Source: Synechocystis sp. PCC 6803 substr. PCC-P
GTDB taxonomy: Bacteria; Cyanobacteriota; Cyanobacteriia; Cyanobacteriales; Microcystaceae
NCBI RefSeq assembly: GCF_000284455.1
Contig: NC_017039.1
Coordinates: forward strand, 1,590,001-1,622,000
DNA length: 32,000 bases
Direction of reading: 5' to 3'
Positions 9,551 through 19,802 of this stretch are shown here, piece by piece. Each line of letters starts with the position of its first letter. Position 1 is the first letter of the stretch. Below the pieces are notes generated by a model, which was not told the origin of the DNA, ran no database searches, and saw only the letters and a program-made list of their open reading frames with translations. Position numbers and translations under genes: made by a program.

Positions 9551-9566
9551 ATAGACAAGAGTCTAT
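9551..9566. promoter_or_regulatory. perfect ATAG-N8-CTAT palindrome (NdhR/CcmR-like box) in the sbtA promoter region
   Basis: ATAGacaagagtCTAT, ending 121 bp upstream of the sbtA ATG. sbtA is a known low-CO2, NdhR-repressed gene. Confidence 0.5.
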
Positions 9567-9686
9567 ACAGAGCGAAGCCAATGGGGTTCATTGCCCCTGG
9601 AAAGATCAAGCAAACTGCCGAAGATTCAGGGCCAAGCTTTACTACCCCAATCCCCATAAATTTCAACCAAGGAGACAATTTACATT

Positions 9687-10811
9687 ATGGATTTTTTGTC
9701 CAATTTCTTGACGGACTTCGTGGGACAATTGCAGTCCCCAACCCTAGCCTTTCTGATTGGGGGGATGGTTATTGCCGCCCTTGGCACCCAATTGGTAATT
9801 CCAGAGGCGATTTCTACGATCATCGTCTTTATGTTGCTCACTAAGATTGGCCTAACCGGGGGCATGGCAATTCGGAACTCCAACTTGACGGAAATGCTCC
9901 TACCCGTGGCATTCTCTGTGATATTGGGAATTCTTATTGTCTTCATCGCCCGTTTTACCCTGGCTAAACTGCCTAACGTCAGAACCGTGGATGCCCTGGC
10001 CACCGGCGGCTTGTTTGGGGCAGTCAGTGGCTCTACAATGGCTGCCGCCCTCACTACGTTGGAAGAATCAAAAATTTCCTACGAAGCCTGGGCTGGTGCT
10101 CTGTATCCCTTTATGGATATTCCTGCCCTGGTAACGGCGATCGTCGTAGCTAATATTTATCTCAATAAGAGAAAACGTAAGTCTGCTGCTGCTAGTATTG
10201 AGGAATCGTTCAGCAAGCAACCCGTTGCCGCCGGGGATTATGGCGACCAAACGGATTATCCTCGTACCCGCCAAGAGTATTTAAGCCAGCAAGAACCGGA
10301 AGATAATCGGGTCAAAATCTGGCCAATTATCGAAGAAAGTTTACAAGGCCCTGCCCTATCAGCCATGTTGTTAGGTCTTGCCCTGGGCATATTTACCAAG
10401 CCGGAAAGTGTCTATGAAGGTTTTTATGATCCTCTTTTTCGAGGACTACTTTCCATCTTGATGCTGATTATGGGCATGGAAGCTTGGTCCAGAATTGGTG
10501 AACTACGTAAAGTAGCTCAATGGTATGTGGTCTATAGCCTAATAGCTCCCATAGTGCACGGGTTTATTGCCTTTGGTCTTGGTATGATTGCCCACTATGC
10601 TACGGGTTTCAGTCTGGGTGGTGTGGTAGTTTTAGCAGTTATCGCCGCTTCTAGCTCTGATATCTCCGGGCCTCCTACCTTGCGAGCAGGTATCCCATCT
10701 GCCAACCCCTCTGCCTATATCGGTTCATCCACCGCCATCGGTACTCCCATTGCCATCGGCGTGTGCATACCGCTTTTCATTGGGCTTGCCCAGACCCTTG
10801 GTGCAGGTTAA
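9687..10811 (+). CDS. sbtA: sodium-dependent bicarbonate transporter SbtA
   Basis: 374-aa protein in two inverted membrane halves separated by a charged loop; N-terminus MDFLSNFL; followed by sbtB. Confidence 0.95.
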   Translation: MDFLSNFLTDFVGQLQSPTLAFLIGGMVIAALGTQLVIPEAISTIIVFMLLTKIGLTGGMAIRNSNLTEMLLPVAFSVILGILIVFIARFTLAKLPNVRTVDALATGGLFGAVSGSTMAAALTTLEESKISYEAWAGALYPFMDIPALVTAIVVANIYLNKRKRKSAAASIEESFSKQPVAAGDYGDQTDYPRTRQEYLSQQEPEDNRVKIWPIIEESLQGPALSAMLLGLALGIFTKPESVYEGFYDPLFRGLLSILMLIMGMEAWSRIGELRKVAQWYVVYSLIAPIVHGFIAFGLGMIAHYATGFSLGGVVVLAVIAASSSDISGPPTLRAGIPSANPSAYIGSSTAIGTPIAIGVCIPLFIGLAQTLGAG

Positions 10812-10884
10812 TCCCCAATAGTTTATGGTCTGTCAATAATCCCTTGACCTAACAGACCAAAAAGATTAACTTACATACTTCTAG

Positions 10885-11229
<345 letters not shown>

Positions 11230-11260
11230 ATCAACAATAACTAGGCTTGTTTCTATTCCG

Positions 11261-11308
11261 GCAACCGCATTCCAGGCAAAACTATTCTTGGGCGGTTGCT
11301 TTTTGTTT
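11261..11308 (+). terminator. candidate intrinsic terminator after sbtB
   Basis: GCAACCGC (11261-11268) pairs with GCGGTTGC (11292-11299). Inner CCAGG/CTTGG pairing extends the stem, followed by TTTTTGTTT. Confidence 0.45.
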
Positions 11309-11509
11309 CTTCAGGGGGCCATGGCCCTATTTCAAATGCTTAGAAAGTCACCATATTTTCAGTACAGCCCAAACTTACCGGGAAAACCTAGATAGAATTG
11401 ATCCCGACTAAAAACAGAGTAAATTTTCAGAAAAATGGGTCTAAAAACCTGTCCTTGTTTAGCTTTAATCCTTGCCCGCACGAAATCTTAGGTTTGACGA
11501 CAAAATAAC

Positions 11510-12433
11510 TCAATTGACCTTGTTGTTACCATCGTACAAAAACCTCGCCCCGGCCCACTGCAGCTTATCCCGTAGAGTTTTGTAAAAGGAATAGCTTTCC
11601 CGTAGGAGGATAAATTGGGCTGCTCGATGGGCCATCCACACCCCCACTCGTTGCCCAGGCCAAACGCCTGTAGCCAGAGAACCGTCGGTCCAAAGTTTAG
11701 TATTTAACTCAAAATCCCCCAGGGGCCAAATGTTTACCGAAGAGCCAGGGGGAATGACAATGGGGCGGCTGGATAAGCTCAGGGGACAAATGGGAGTAAT
11801 GACAATGGCGTCCATGCCAGGGTGCAAGATGGGGCCATTGGCAGAGGATGTATAGCAAGTAGAACCCGTAGGGGTGGCGACCAAAAGACCGTCGCACTGA
11901 TACTGATCAATTAACTCCCCATCCACTTCCACTTCGATGATGGCCGTGGGCATCCGGTCAATACTGGCCGGTTTGATGCACATTTCGTTCAGACAGTAGT
12001 AGGTTTCCCCCACCATCTGGGGATCCCGGCGATCGCCTTCAAATAAACTGGCCGCTAGCATCATGCGTTGGGAAACAGCATAGCGGTCTTGGTTGAGACG
12101 GTCCCACACCTTTTGAGTATCCTGGAACACATCGAATGGTTCCGTCAAAAATCCTAGATGCCCGCCCACGTTAACAGACAAAATGGGAATGCCTTCGGGG
12201 GATAAATGCCTGGCCGCCGCTAGGGTAGTGCCATCTCCCCCTAAAACCAAAGCCAAATCTATTTTTTCTGTGGCGGAAGCCAAAAACACTGGATAGGGAT
12301 TGTCTTTAATGCCACTGGGGCCCATCAGCACCTTACAACCCCTAGCTTCCAGTTCCCTGGCACACCGTTCGGCATAGGTTTTGCTTTCATTGTGCCCGGC
12401 TTTATGGGCAATGATCACCTGTTTCAGTTCCAC
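11510..12433 (-). CDS. nadK: NAD+ kinase
   Basis: GGDGT motif, 307 aa, GTG start. Confidence 0.9.
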   Translation of the reverse strand: MELKQVIIAHKAGHNESKTYAERCARELEARGCKVLMGPSGIKDNPYPVFLASATEKIDLALVLGGDGTTLAAARHLSPEGIPILSVNVGGHLGFLTEPFDVFQDTQKVWDRLNQDRYAVSQRMMLAASLFEGDRRDPQMVGETYYCLNEMCIKPASIDRMPTAIIEVEVDGELIDQYQCDGLLVATPTGSTCYTSSANGPILHPGMDAIVITPICPLSLSSRPIVIPPGSSVNIWPLGDFELNTKLWTDGSLATGVWPGQRVGVWMAHRAAQFILLRESYSFYKTLRDKLQWAGARFLYDGNNKVN

Positions 12434-12464
12434 AATGGGGCCTCATAGTGGGGCATGGATTGAA

Positions 12465-13187
12465 CTAGCTTTCGGAACTCTCCGCTGTGGTTACGGGAGC
12501 TTCCTCGATCGCCGGAGTGGTAGAAGCGGCTTGTTTTTCCTTTTTCTTCCGTTCTGCTTCGGCGGCATCTTCCAACACCTTAAGCAGTTGGTCAACTTTT
12601 TCCAGATTACTGCGGTACAGGTCTAAATCCTTGACCACTTTATCGAGGGACAAGTCTAATAGTTCCGACAGCCTGGTGAGATAATCTTGACGTTTTTCGT
12701 CATTGTCCTTCACCTCTGGGTCCTGGTCAGCTAACAGAGTGTAAAGCCCGATGGCAAATAAACGACTGTATTTGAATTTGTGGCGTTGGTGGATCCCCGT
12801 GAGGGTGTTGAGCAGAAGATTATCCCCAGATGCTTGTTCGCTGGCGGCGGCGGTTACCCAGGCATCCAGACCAATGTGATGGGCACTGGCGGCCACATTC
12901 TTGGCATCTTGGCGCACTTGGTCGGGGTTTTGATCCACCCCATGGCAGAGGGCGTTGAAAATGGCCGGTAATTGTTCGGCGGGTTGATAGCCCTGCATGA
13001 AACTATTAAAGGAGGTGACAATGCCTAGGGCAAAAATCGGATCGTAGGTAAAATCAATGTTCACACTGAGCAAATGCATTTCCACCAAGAGTTCTTCGAC
13101 AAAACGCCGGTAGATGGAACTAATGGGACGGCTGTAGTGGGTAAAAAATTTTCGTTTGGCGTCAGAAACAGTGCGAATTTTAGTCAC
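12465..13187 (-). CDS. thf1: Thf1/Psb29 (thylakoid formation protein)
   Basis: TVSDAKRKFF...SIYRRFVEELLVEMHLL N-terminus and acidic/Lys-rich C-terminal tail; GTG start. Confidence 0.9.
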   Translation of the reverse strand: MTKIRTVSDAKRKFFTHYSRPISSIYRRFVEELLVEMHLLSVNIDFTYDPIFALGIVTSFNSFMQGYQPAEQLPAIFNALCHGVDQNPDQVRQDAKNVAASAHHIGLDAWVTAAASEQASGDNLLLNTLTGIHQRHKFKYSRLFAIGLYTLLADQDPEVKDNDEKRQDYLTRLSELLDLSLDKVVKDLDLYRSNLEKVDQLLKVLEDAAEAERKKKEKQAASTTPAIEEAPVTTAESSES

Positions 13188-13320
13188 AGGGCCGATTACA
13201 AAGGGGGGGATAGTTCCCTACATTTTCCCTTGTTAAGCGGCCTTTGCCAACCTGAACCCTTGCTGGGGGAAGTGCGATCCCCGGGCATTGCTAGAATGGG
13301 ACAGTCTTAGGGAACAGACC

Positions 13321-13491
13321 ATGCCAGACTTCCAGGCATTTATCGCCATCATTACCACCATCTTGGTGTTTGCCATCGGAGTAGCCCTCAAATATGAAAC
13401 CATCTACTTCAAAAACTACGAACTCTCCATCCCCCAATGGGCCGGCCTCAGCTTCGCCGGGTTTACTTTCACGTTTGTGGTCTTGGATTAA
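13321..13491 (+). CDS. hypothetical small membrane protein (56 aa)
   Basis: MPDFQAFIAIITTILVFAIGVAL helix plus a second hydrophobic stretch. Ends at TAA 13489-13491, after which the same frame stays open for 89 more codons. Confidence 0.4.
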   Translation: MPDFQAFIAIITTILVFAIGVALKYETIYFKNYELSIPQWAGLSFAGFTFTFVVLD

Positions 13492-13717
13492 ATCCTACGG
13501 GGGTTTGTCCGACTTGAGGAACTACAACGCAGAAATGAAGAAATACAACGAAGAAATGAGGAAGCTAGAGAACGAAAAGCAGACGCGGCACGAGCAAAGG
13601 ATGAAAGAGCTGAGGCGGCAGAACGAGAAACTCGCCGAACTAGAATCGAAACTCGATATCGTACTACGATCGCCAGATTCCAACTGGACCCCAGCCAACT
13701 CCACCGAAGACAGTTAG
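13394..13717 (+). CDS. hypothetical coiled-coil protein; start uncertain
   Basis: Charged heptad-like sequence NAEMKKYNEEMRKLENEKQTRHEQRMKELRRQNEKLAELESKL. The first ~33 codons overlap the preceding ORF in another frame. Confidence 0.35.
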   Translation: MKPSTSKTTNSPSPNGPASASPGLLSRLWSWIKSYGGLSDLRNYNAEMKKYNEEMRKLENEKQTRHEQRMKELRRQNEKLAELESKLDIVLRSPDSNWTPANSTEDS

Positions 13718-13890
13718 CGGATATTATCGCCCTATTGGAAGAGTACCGAGATACGCTGTGAAATTGTTTGACACTAAACTTTTGTCAGAGCCGCGGGATC
13801 TAATTTTGGCTGTATCCCTACCGAGAATATGCCCCATGGCTTAGGCTAATTGGTGAGAAAGTTGTTCAGAATTCACGGGCAAAGTATTTA

Positions 13891-15315
13891 ATGGTGTCTC
13901 CCATCTCTATCTGGCGATCGCTGATGTTTGGCGGTTTTTCCCCCCAGGAATGGGGCCGGGGCAGTGTGCTCCATCGTTTGGTGGGCTGGGGACAGAGTTG
14001 GATACAGGCTAGTGTGCTCTGGCCCCACTTCGAGGCATTGGGTACGGCTCTAGTGGCAATAATTTTTATTGCGGCTCCCTTCACCTCCACCACCATGTTG
14101 GGCATTTTTATGCTGCTCTGTGGAGCCTTTTGGGCTCTGCTGACCTTTGCTGATCAACCAGGGAAGGGTTTGACTCCCATCCATGTTTTAGTTTTTGCCT
14201 ACTGGTGCATTTCGGCGATCGCCGTGGGATTTTCTCCGGTAAAAATGGCGGCGGCGTCGGGGTTAGCGAAATTAACAGCTAATTTATGTCTGTTTCTACT
14301 GGCGGCGAGGTTATTGCAAAACAAACAATGGTTGAACCGGTTAGTAACCGTTGTTTTACTGGTAGGGCTATTGGTGGGGAGTTACGGTCTGCGACAACAG
14401 GTGGACGGGGTAGAACAGTTAGCCACTTGGAATGACCCCACCTCTACCTTGGCCCAGGCCACTAGGGTATATAGCTTTTTAGGTAATCCCAATCTCTTGG
14501 CGGCTTACCTGGTGCCCATGACGGGTTTGAGCTTGAGTGCCCTGGTGGTATGGCGACGGTGGTGGCCCAAACTGCTGGGAGCAACCATGGTGATTGTTAA
14601 CCTACTCTGTCTCTTTTTTACCCAGAGCCGGGGCGGTTGGCTAGCAGTGCTGGCCCTGGGAGCTACCTTCCTGGCCCTTTGTTACTTCTGGTGGTTACCC
14701 CAATTACCCAAATTTTGGCAACGGTGGTCTTTGCCCCTGGCGATCGCCGTGGCGGTTATATTAGGTGGGGGAGCGTTGATTGCGGTGGAACCGATTCGAC
14801 TCAGGGCCATGAGCATTTTTGCTGGGCGGGAAGACAGCAGTAATAATTTCCGCATCAATGTTTGGGAAGGGGTAAAAGCCATGATCCGAGCCCGCCCTAT
14901 CATTGGCATTGGCCCAGGTAACGAAGCCTTTAACCAAATTTATCCTTACTATATGCGGCCCCGCTTCACCGCCCTGAGTGCCTATTCCATTTACCTAGAA
15001 ATTTTGGTGGAAACGGGTGTAGTTGGTTTTACCTGTATGCTCTGGCTGTTGGCCGTTACCCTAGGCAAAGGCGTAGAACTGGTTAAACGCTGTCGCCAAA
15101 CCCTCGCCCCGGAAGGCATCTGGATTATGGGGGCTTTAGCGGCGATCATCGGTTTGTTGGTCCACGGCATGGTAGATACAGTCTGGTACCGTCCCCCGGT
15201 GAGCACTTTGTGGTGGTTGCTAGTGGCCATTGTTGCTAGTCAGTGGGCCAGCGCCCAGGCCCGTTTGGAGGCCAGTAAAGAAGAAAATGAGGACAAACCT
15301 CTTCTTGCTTCATAA
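13891..15315 (+). CDS. ictB: O-antigen-ligase-family polytopic membrane protein, IctB-like
   Basis: 474 aa, ~10 TM segments, Wzy_C/O-antigen ligase-like central region (FTQSRGGW). Position matches Synechocystis slr1515. Confidence 0.75.
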   Translation: MVSPISIWRSLMFGGFSPQEWGRGSVLHRLVGWGQSWIQASVLWPHFEALGTALVAIIFIAAPFTSTTMLGIFMLLCGAFWALLTFADQPGKGLTPIHVLVFAYWCISAIAVGFSPVKMAAASGLAKLTANLCLFLLAARLLQNKQWLNRLVTVVLLVGLLVGSYGLRQQVDGVEQLATWNDPTSTLAQATRVYSFLGNPNLLAAYLVPMTGLSLSALVVWRRWWPKLLGATMVIVNLLCLFFTQSRGGWLAVLALGATFLALCYFWWLPQLPKFWQRWSLPLAIAVAVILGGGALIAVEPIRLRAMSIFAGREDSSNNFRINVWEGVKAMIRARPIIGIGPGNEAFNQIYPYYMRPRFTALSAYSIYLEILVETGVVGFTCMLWLLAVTLGKGVELVKRCRQTLAPEGIWIMGALAAIIGLLVHGMVDTVWYRPPVSTLWWLLVAIVASQWASAQARLEASKEENEDKPLLAS

Positions 15316-15388
15316 GAGCCAATGGCAATAACTTGGCCAGCCAGACTTAACCTTTGCCCTTTTTGAAAATTTGTCAGGAGTCATAACC

Positions 15389-15673
15389 ATGGCGATCGGA
15401 GAGCAAACCCATCCCCAAGCAAGTAAAGACCAGGCCATTGTCGATCGCCTCTTGCAGTCCCCCGCCGATACTCCCCACCTGCTCTCCTTGGCAAGGCTGA
15501 GAATCCGTTACAAAAATTTTCCCGGGGCCAGGAGTTTACAGCGAGATTTGGACACCGTGCTTCAACAATGGCATCTGACTGAAGAAGAACTCTTTGCCCA
15601 AACTAGAGCCCTCTATGCCAGCGGTGCGGCCCATGCCAAACAGAGTACCGAGGAGCAACAGGACTGGAGCTAG
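15389..15673 (+). CDS. conserved cyanobacterial hypothetical protein (possibly DUF3288)
   Basis: ATG at 15389 is preceded by AGGAG at 15376-15380. Soluble 94-aa product; family assignment is from memory only. Confidence 0.55.
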   Translation: MAIGEQTHPQASKDQAIVDRLLQSPADTPHLLSLARLRIRYKNFPGARSLQRDLDTVLQQWHLTEEELFAQTRALYASGAAHAKQSTEEQQDWS

Positions 15674-16380
15674 CTCTCGTTAATCCATTGCCCCAACTAG
15701 GCTGAGATGATTTTCCGGGTGGAACCCTCGAGTGTGCCGATGTCGACCTCCACCATAGGCATTGAAGTTAATCTATGGTCAAGCTTTTTAGCAAGTATTA
15801 ATCCCTACTATTGGTGCGATAAGCAATGCCAAAGCCAAAACCAGAGATTTTCCCCTATGCTTGAAGCAACATCTCCCGTTACAAAAATTAACTAAATGTC
15901 TAATTTGATTGCTGTTGCTTTCTGTGGCTACTTTGCCCTGTTGATCATTCTCTTCTCTGCCAAAAACTTTCTCGTCAAGGACAAAACCAGTCTTAATCTT
16001 CCCGAGTAGATCTTTCAAATGACAACAATGGGAATTAGGTCGTTGTAATCCTGTTTGCCTAAAGTCCTAGCTAGACTAACCCAAATCAAAGTAGGTCAAA
16101 ACGAGCCTATTAAGCGGGTGGGCTTGAAATGGGCGATAGCAATGTTTCCCGTTGAATTGTTAAGTAGCTCCGAGAGATTAACAAGGGATTAAAAAACTGT
16201 CAGGCTTGGTTGGCGGCGATGATTACCAAGGCTTTGTCGCTCTTTTTCTTGCCCATGGCCACCGGCAATATTTTGTCTTTTGTGCGGTTCTCCACCGGAT
16301 TACCGACCTTTTAACCGAGGAAACTTTAGGGTAAAGTGAGAGCCATGGAATCCCCTATTGAGTAGAGAATTTAAATTTAA

Positions 16381-16980
16381 ATGGCTTACGCACTACCTAA
16401 CTTACCTTACGACTACACCGCTCTGGAACCCTGCATTTCCAAAAGCACCCTGGAGTTCCATCACGACAAACACCATGCCGCCTACGTTAACAATTTCAAC
16501 AATGCAGTGGCGGGTACTGATTTAGATAATCAATCCATTGAAGACGTAATTAAAGCCGTTGCTGGCGATGCTAGCAAAGCCGGTATTTTCAACAACGCCG
16601 CCCAAGCTTGGAACCATAGTTTCTACTGGAATTGCATGAAGCCCGGTGGTGGTGGCCAGCCCTCTGGTGCCTTGGCGGACAAAATCAACGCTGACTTTGG
16701 TAGCTTTGACGCTTTCGTGGAAGCTTTCAAACAAGCTGGAGCCACCCAATTCGGTAGCGGCTGGGCTTGGTTGGTGTTAGACAATGGCACTTTGAAAGTG
16801 ACCAAAACCGGCAACGCCGAAAACCCCATGACCGCCGGTCAAACTCCTTTGCTGACCATGGACGTATGGGAGCATGCTTACTATTTAGACTATCAAAACC
16901 GTCGTCCCGATTACATTGCCGATTTCCTCGGTAAGTTGGTCAACTGGGACTTTGTGGCGGCTAACTTAGCAGCGGCCTAG
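16381..16980 (+). CDS. sodB: iron superoxide dismutase
   Basis: Fe/Mn-SOD motifs HHDKHH and DVWEHAYYLDYQNRRPDY. Confidence 0.97.
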   Translation: MAYALPNLPYDYTALEPCISKSTLEFHHDKHHAAYVNNFNNAVAGTDLDNQSIEDVIKAVAGDASKAGIFNNAAQAWNHSFYWNCMKPGGGGQPSGALADKINADFGSFDAFVEAFKQAGATQFGSGWAWLVLDNGTLKVTKTGNAENPMTAGQTPLLTMDVWEHAYYLDYQNRRPDYIADFLGKLVNWDFVAANLAAA

Positions 16981-17259
16981 TTTTTGCCATCAATTCCAAG
17001 AAAGCTCTTTAAAAACTCTCTTTGCTCCCCAGAGTTGGGCAAAATCGGAGTTAATCTAGACGTTTTCTTCACTTTATGTACCCTTTCCCTAAATTATTGG
17101 GGGAAGGGTATTTGCTGGGAGGTGGGAGGCGATCGCCAGTGGCTGAAGTTTCTAATCTGCGTCCCCAATCCACTACACTGGGGAAGCTTGTGGAATCCAT
17201 TCCCAAAGCCCGTTTAAATTTACTTATTTGATCAAAGTTTTTTCAGTTCTTCCACTACC

Positions 17260-18348
17260 ATGTCCCAGACCTATAACGTAACCCTGCTCCCCGGTGATGG
17301 CATTGGCCCCGAAATTATGGCGGTGGCGGTGGCGGTGTTAGGCAAAGTGGCCGACCAGTTTGGCTTTGCGTTTAATTTTCAAGAGGCTTTAATTGGCGGA
17401 GCGGCCATTGATGCCACAGGGCAACCCCTACCGGAGGCAACCCTAGCCCAAGCAAAGGATAGTGATGCGGTACTCTTAGCGGCGATCGGGGGTTATGCCT
17501 GGGACAATTTACCCCGTTCTCAAAGGCCGGAAACTGGTTTGCTTGCCATTCGGGAAGGGTTGGGGCTATTTGCCAATTTACGTCCTGCGACGATCTTCCC
17601 CCAATTGATTGACGCTTCCAGCCTGAAACGGGAAGTGGTGGAAGGGGTGGATATTATGGTGGTGCGGGAACTAACCGGCGGCATTTATTTTGGTAAACCG
17701 AAGGGTATTTTCGAGACGGAAACGGGGGAAAAACGGGGGGTCAATACCATGGCTTACACCGTGGGAGAAATTGACCGCATTGCTAAGGTTGCTTTTGAAA
17801 CGGCTCGTAAACGACGCGGGCAACTCTGTTCAGTGGATAAGGCTAACGTATTAGATGTGTCCCAACTGTGGCGGGATCGGGTCATGGCGATCGCCGTAGA
17901 TTATCCCGATGTGGAACTGTCCCATTTATATGTGGATAATGCGGCCATGCAATTGGTGCGGAGTCCCAGACAATTTGACACCATTGTGACGGGCAATTTA
18001 TTTGGTGATATTCTTTCCGACATTGCCGCCATGTTAACCGGCAGTATTGGCATGTTACCCTCCGCCAGTTTGGGCAGTGATGGCCCTGGGTTATTTGAGC
18101 CCGTCCACGGTTCCGCCCCGGATATTGCCGGCCAGGATAAAGCTAACCCCCTAGCCCAGGTGCTCAGTGCCGCCATGATGTTGCGCTACGGTTTGGATCA
18201 ACCCCAGGCGGCCGATCGCCTTGAGGATGCAGTGAAAAAAGTTTTAGAACAGGGTTACCGCACCGGTGATATTCTTTCTCCTGGCACACAATTGGTGGGC
18301 TGTCGGCAAATGGGAGAGCAATTGTTGAGCATCCTAGATGAAATGTAA
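17260..18348 (+). CDS. leuB: 3-isopropylmalate dehydrogenase
   Basis: [10 protein letters not shown]-terminus and NLFGDILSD motif. Confidence 0.97.
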   Translation: MSQTYNVTLLPGDGIGPEIMAVAVAVLGKVADQFGFAFNFQEALIGGAAIDATGQPLPEATLAQAKDSDAVLLAAIGGYAWDNLPRSQRPETGLLAIREGLGLFANLRPATIFPQLIDASSLKREVVEGVDIMVVRELTGGIYFGKPKGIFETETGEKRGVNTMAYTVGEIDRIAKVAFETARKRRGQLCSVDKANVLDVSQLWRDRVMAIAVDYPDVELSHLYVDNAAMQLVRSPRQFDTIVTGNLFGDILSDIAAMLTGSIGMLPSASLGSDGPGLFEPVHGSAPDIAGQDKANPLAQVLSAAMMLRYGLDQPQAADRLEDAVKKVLEQGYRTGDILSPGTQLVGCRQMGEQLLSILDEM

Positions 18349-18566
18349 CGACCATTGCCCTTGGCTAAAAACTAGACAAACTCTGCCCTATTAATTTCCC
18401 CACGGCCAGGCGGTTCGGGTCAAATTAGATCTTGGTCGGATAACTAAGAATCTTCTGGGGTGGCCCTTACGTCAAACCCTATTGTTATTTATGATGATGG
18501 CTAACCTGGCTGACATTTTTCGGTCAATGGCTACAACACATATGCGTCCTGAGTGGGGAGTTTGTT

Positions 18567-18833
18567 ATGGTTTTTATTCCTGATGAGAGCGATTTTGATG
18601 TGGAGTACAGGAGCGTACCCATGCCCCTAGACCCCAAAATGTTGCGGATGGCCCGACGCATTTATCGCAGTTACCGCATGCTCCACCCCCGATCCCAAAA
18701 GCAGCCTCTGGGCATTGCTATCCATAAAGAAACCCACCGGGGTCAACTGATGTTCAATCGTCAGCCAGTGCTGTTGCCAGGGGAATGTTTCGTACCCTTA
18801 AACCAACTGGAAGCGGAAGCCCAGGTAGTTTGA
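18567..18833 (+). CDS. hypothetical protein (88 aa)
   Basis: ATG preceded by GGGGAG at 18555-18560. No family recognised. Confidence 0.45.
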   Translation: MVFIPDESDFDVEYRSVPMPLDPKMLRMARRIYRSYRMLHPRSQKQPLGIAIHKETHRGQLMFNRQPVLLPGECFVPLNQLEAEAQVV

Positions 18834-18853
18834 ACTAGCTTCATCCCTCTGTT

Positions 18854-19777
18854 ATGACCGAATCTTCGCCCCTAGCACCATCGACGGCCCCGGCAACCCG
18901 CAAACTTTGGTTAGCGGCCATTAAGCCCCCCATGTACACGGTGGCAGTGGTGCCCATTACCGTTGGTTCGGCGGTGGCCTATGGCCTTACTGGGCAGTGG
19001 CATGGTGATGTTTTTACCATCTTTTTGCTGTCGGCGATCGCCATTATCGCTTGGATTAACCTGAGCAATGATGTGTTTGACAGTGACACGGGCATTGATG
19101 TGCGTAAAGCCCATTCGGTGGTTAATTTGACCGGCAATCGCAATCTAGTTTTTTTAATTAGTAACTTTTTCTTGCTAGCTGGTGTGCTGGGGCTAATGAG
19201 CATGAGCTGGCGAGCCCAGGATTGGACAGTGTTGGAGTTAATTGGGGTGGCCATATTTTTGGGCTACACCTACCAAGGGCCCCCTTTTCGCCTCGGCTAC
19301 CTAGGATTGGGGGAATTGATTTGTTTAATTACCTTTGGCCCCCTGGCGATCGCCGCCGCCTATTATTCCCAGAGCCAAAGTTTTAGCTGGAATTTGCTTA
19401 CGCCTAGCGTTTTTGTGGGCATCAGCACGGCGATTATTCTTTTTTGCTCCCACTTCCACCAGGTAGAAGATGACCTGGCCGCCGGCAAAAAATCCCCCAT
19501 TGTTCGTTTAGGCACCAAGTTGGGGTCCCAGGTTTTAACCCTGTCGGTTGTTAGTCTTTATCTAATTACGGCGATCGGCGTTTTGTGTCATCAGGCTCCA
19601 TGGCAAACGTTACTGATAATTGCCAGTCTGCCCTGGGCAGTGCAATTAATTCGCCATGTGGGGCAATATCATGACCAGCCGGAGCAAGTCAGTAACTGTA
19701 AATTTATTGCTGTTAATTTACATTTCTTCAGCGGCATGTTAATGGCTGCGGGCTATGGCTGGGCTGGCCTGGGCTAA
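18854..19777 (+). CDS. menA: 1,4-dihydroxy-2-naphthoate phytyltransferase (UbiA family)
   Basis: NDVFDSDTGID aspartate-rich motif, ~8 TM segments. Confidence 0.9.
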   Translation: MTESSPLAPSTAPATRKLWLAAIKPPMYTVAVVPITVGSAVAYGLTGQWHGDVFTIFLLSAIAIIAWINLSNDVFDSDTGIDVRKAHSVVNLTGNRNLVFLISNFFLLAGVLGLMSMSWRAQDWTVLELIGVAIFLGYTYQGPPFRLGYLGLGELICLITFGPLAIAAAYYSQSQSFSWNLLTPSVFVGISTAIILFCSHFHQVEDDLAAGKKSPIVRLGTKLGSQVLTLSVVSLYLITAIGVLCHQAPWQTLLIIASLPWAVQLIRHVGQYHDQPEQVSNCKFIAVNLHFFSGMLMAAGYGWAGLG

Positions 19778-19802
19778 GGACTACCACCGCCAGTGGGTTA
19801 AG

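Noticed and set aside
9581-9844. 87-aa + ORF overlapping the sbtA start
   Set aside because: Out of frame with sbtA and spans its promoter and leader. No features of a real protein.
15707-16018. ORFs 15707..15895 (+) and 15788..16018 (-) as genes
   Set aside because: They mutually overlap, have weak starts and show no recognisable family. Kept only as part of the unexplained-gap finding.
16984-17217. 77-aa + ORF between sodB and leuB
   Set aside because: TTG start, no SD, contains a HIP1 site, and its composition is not protein-like. Treated as intergenic.
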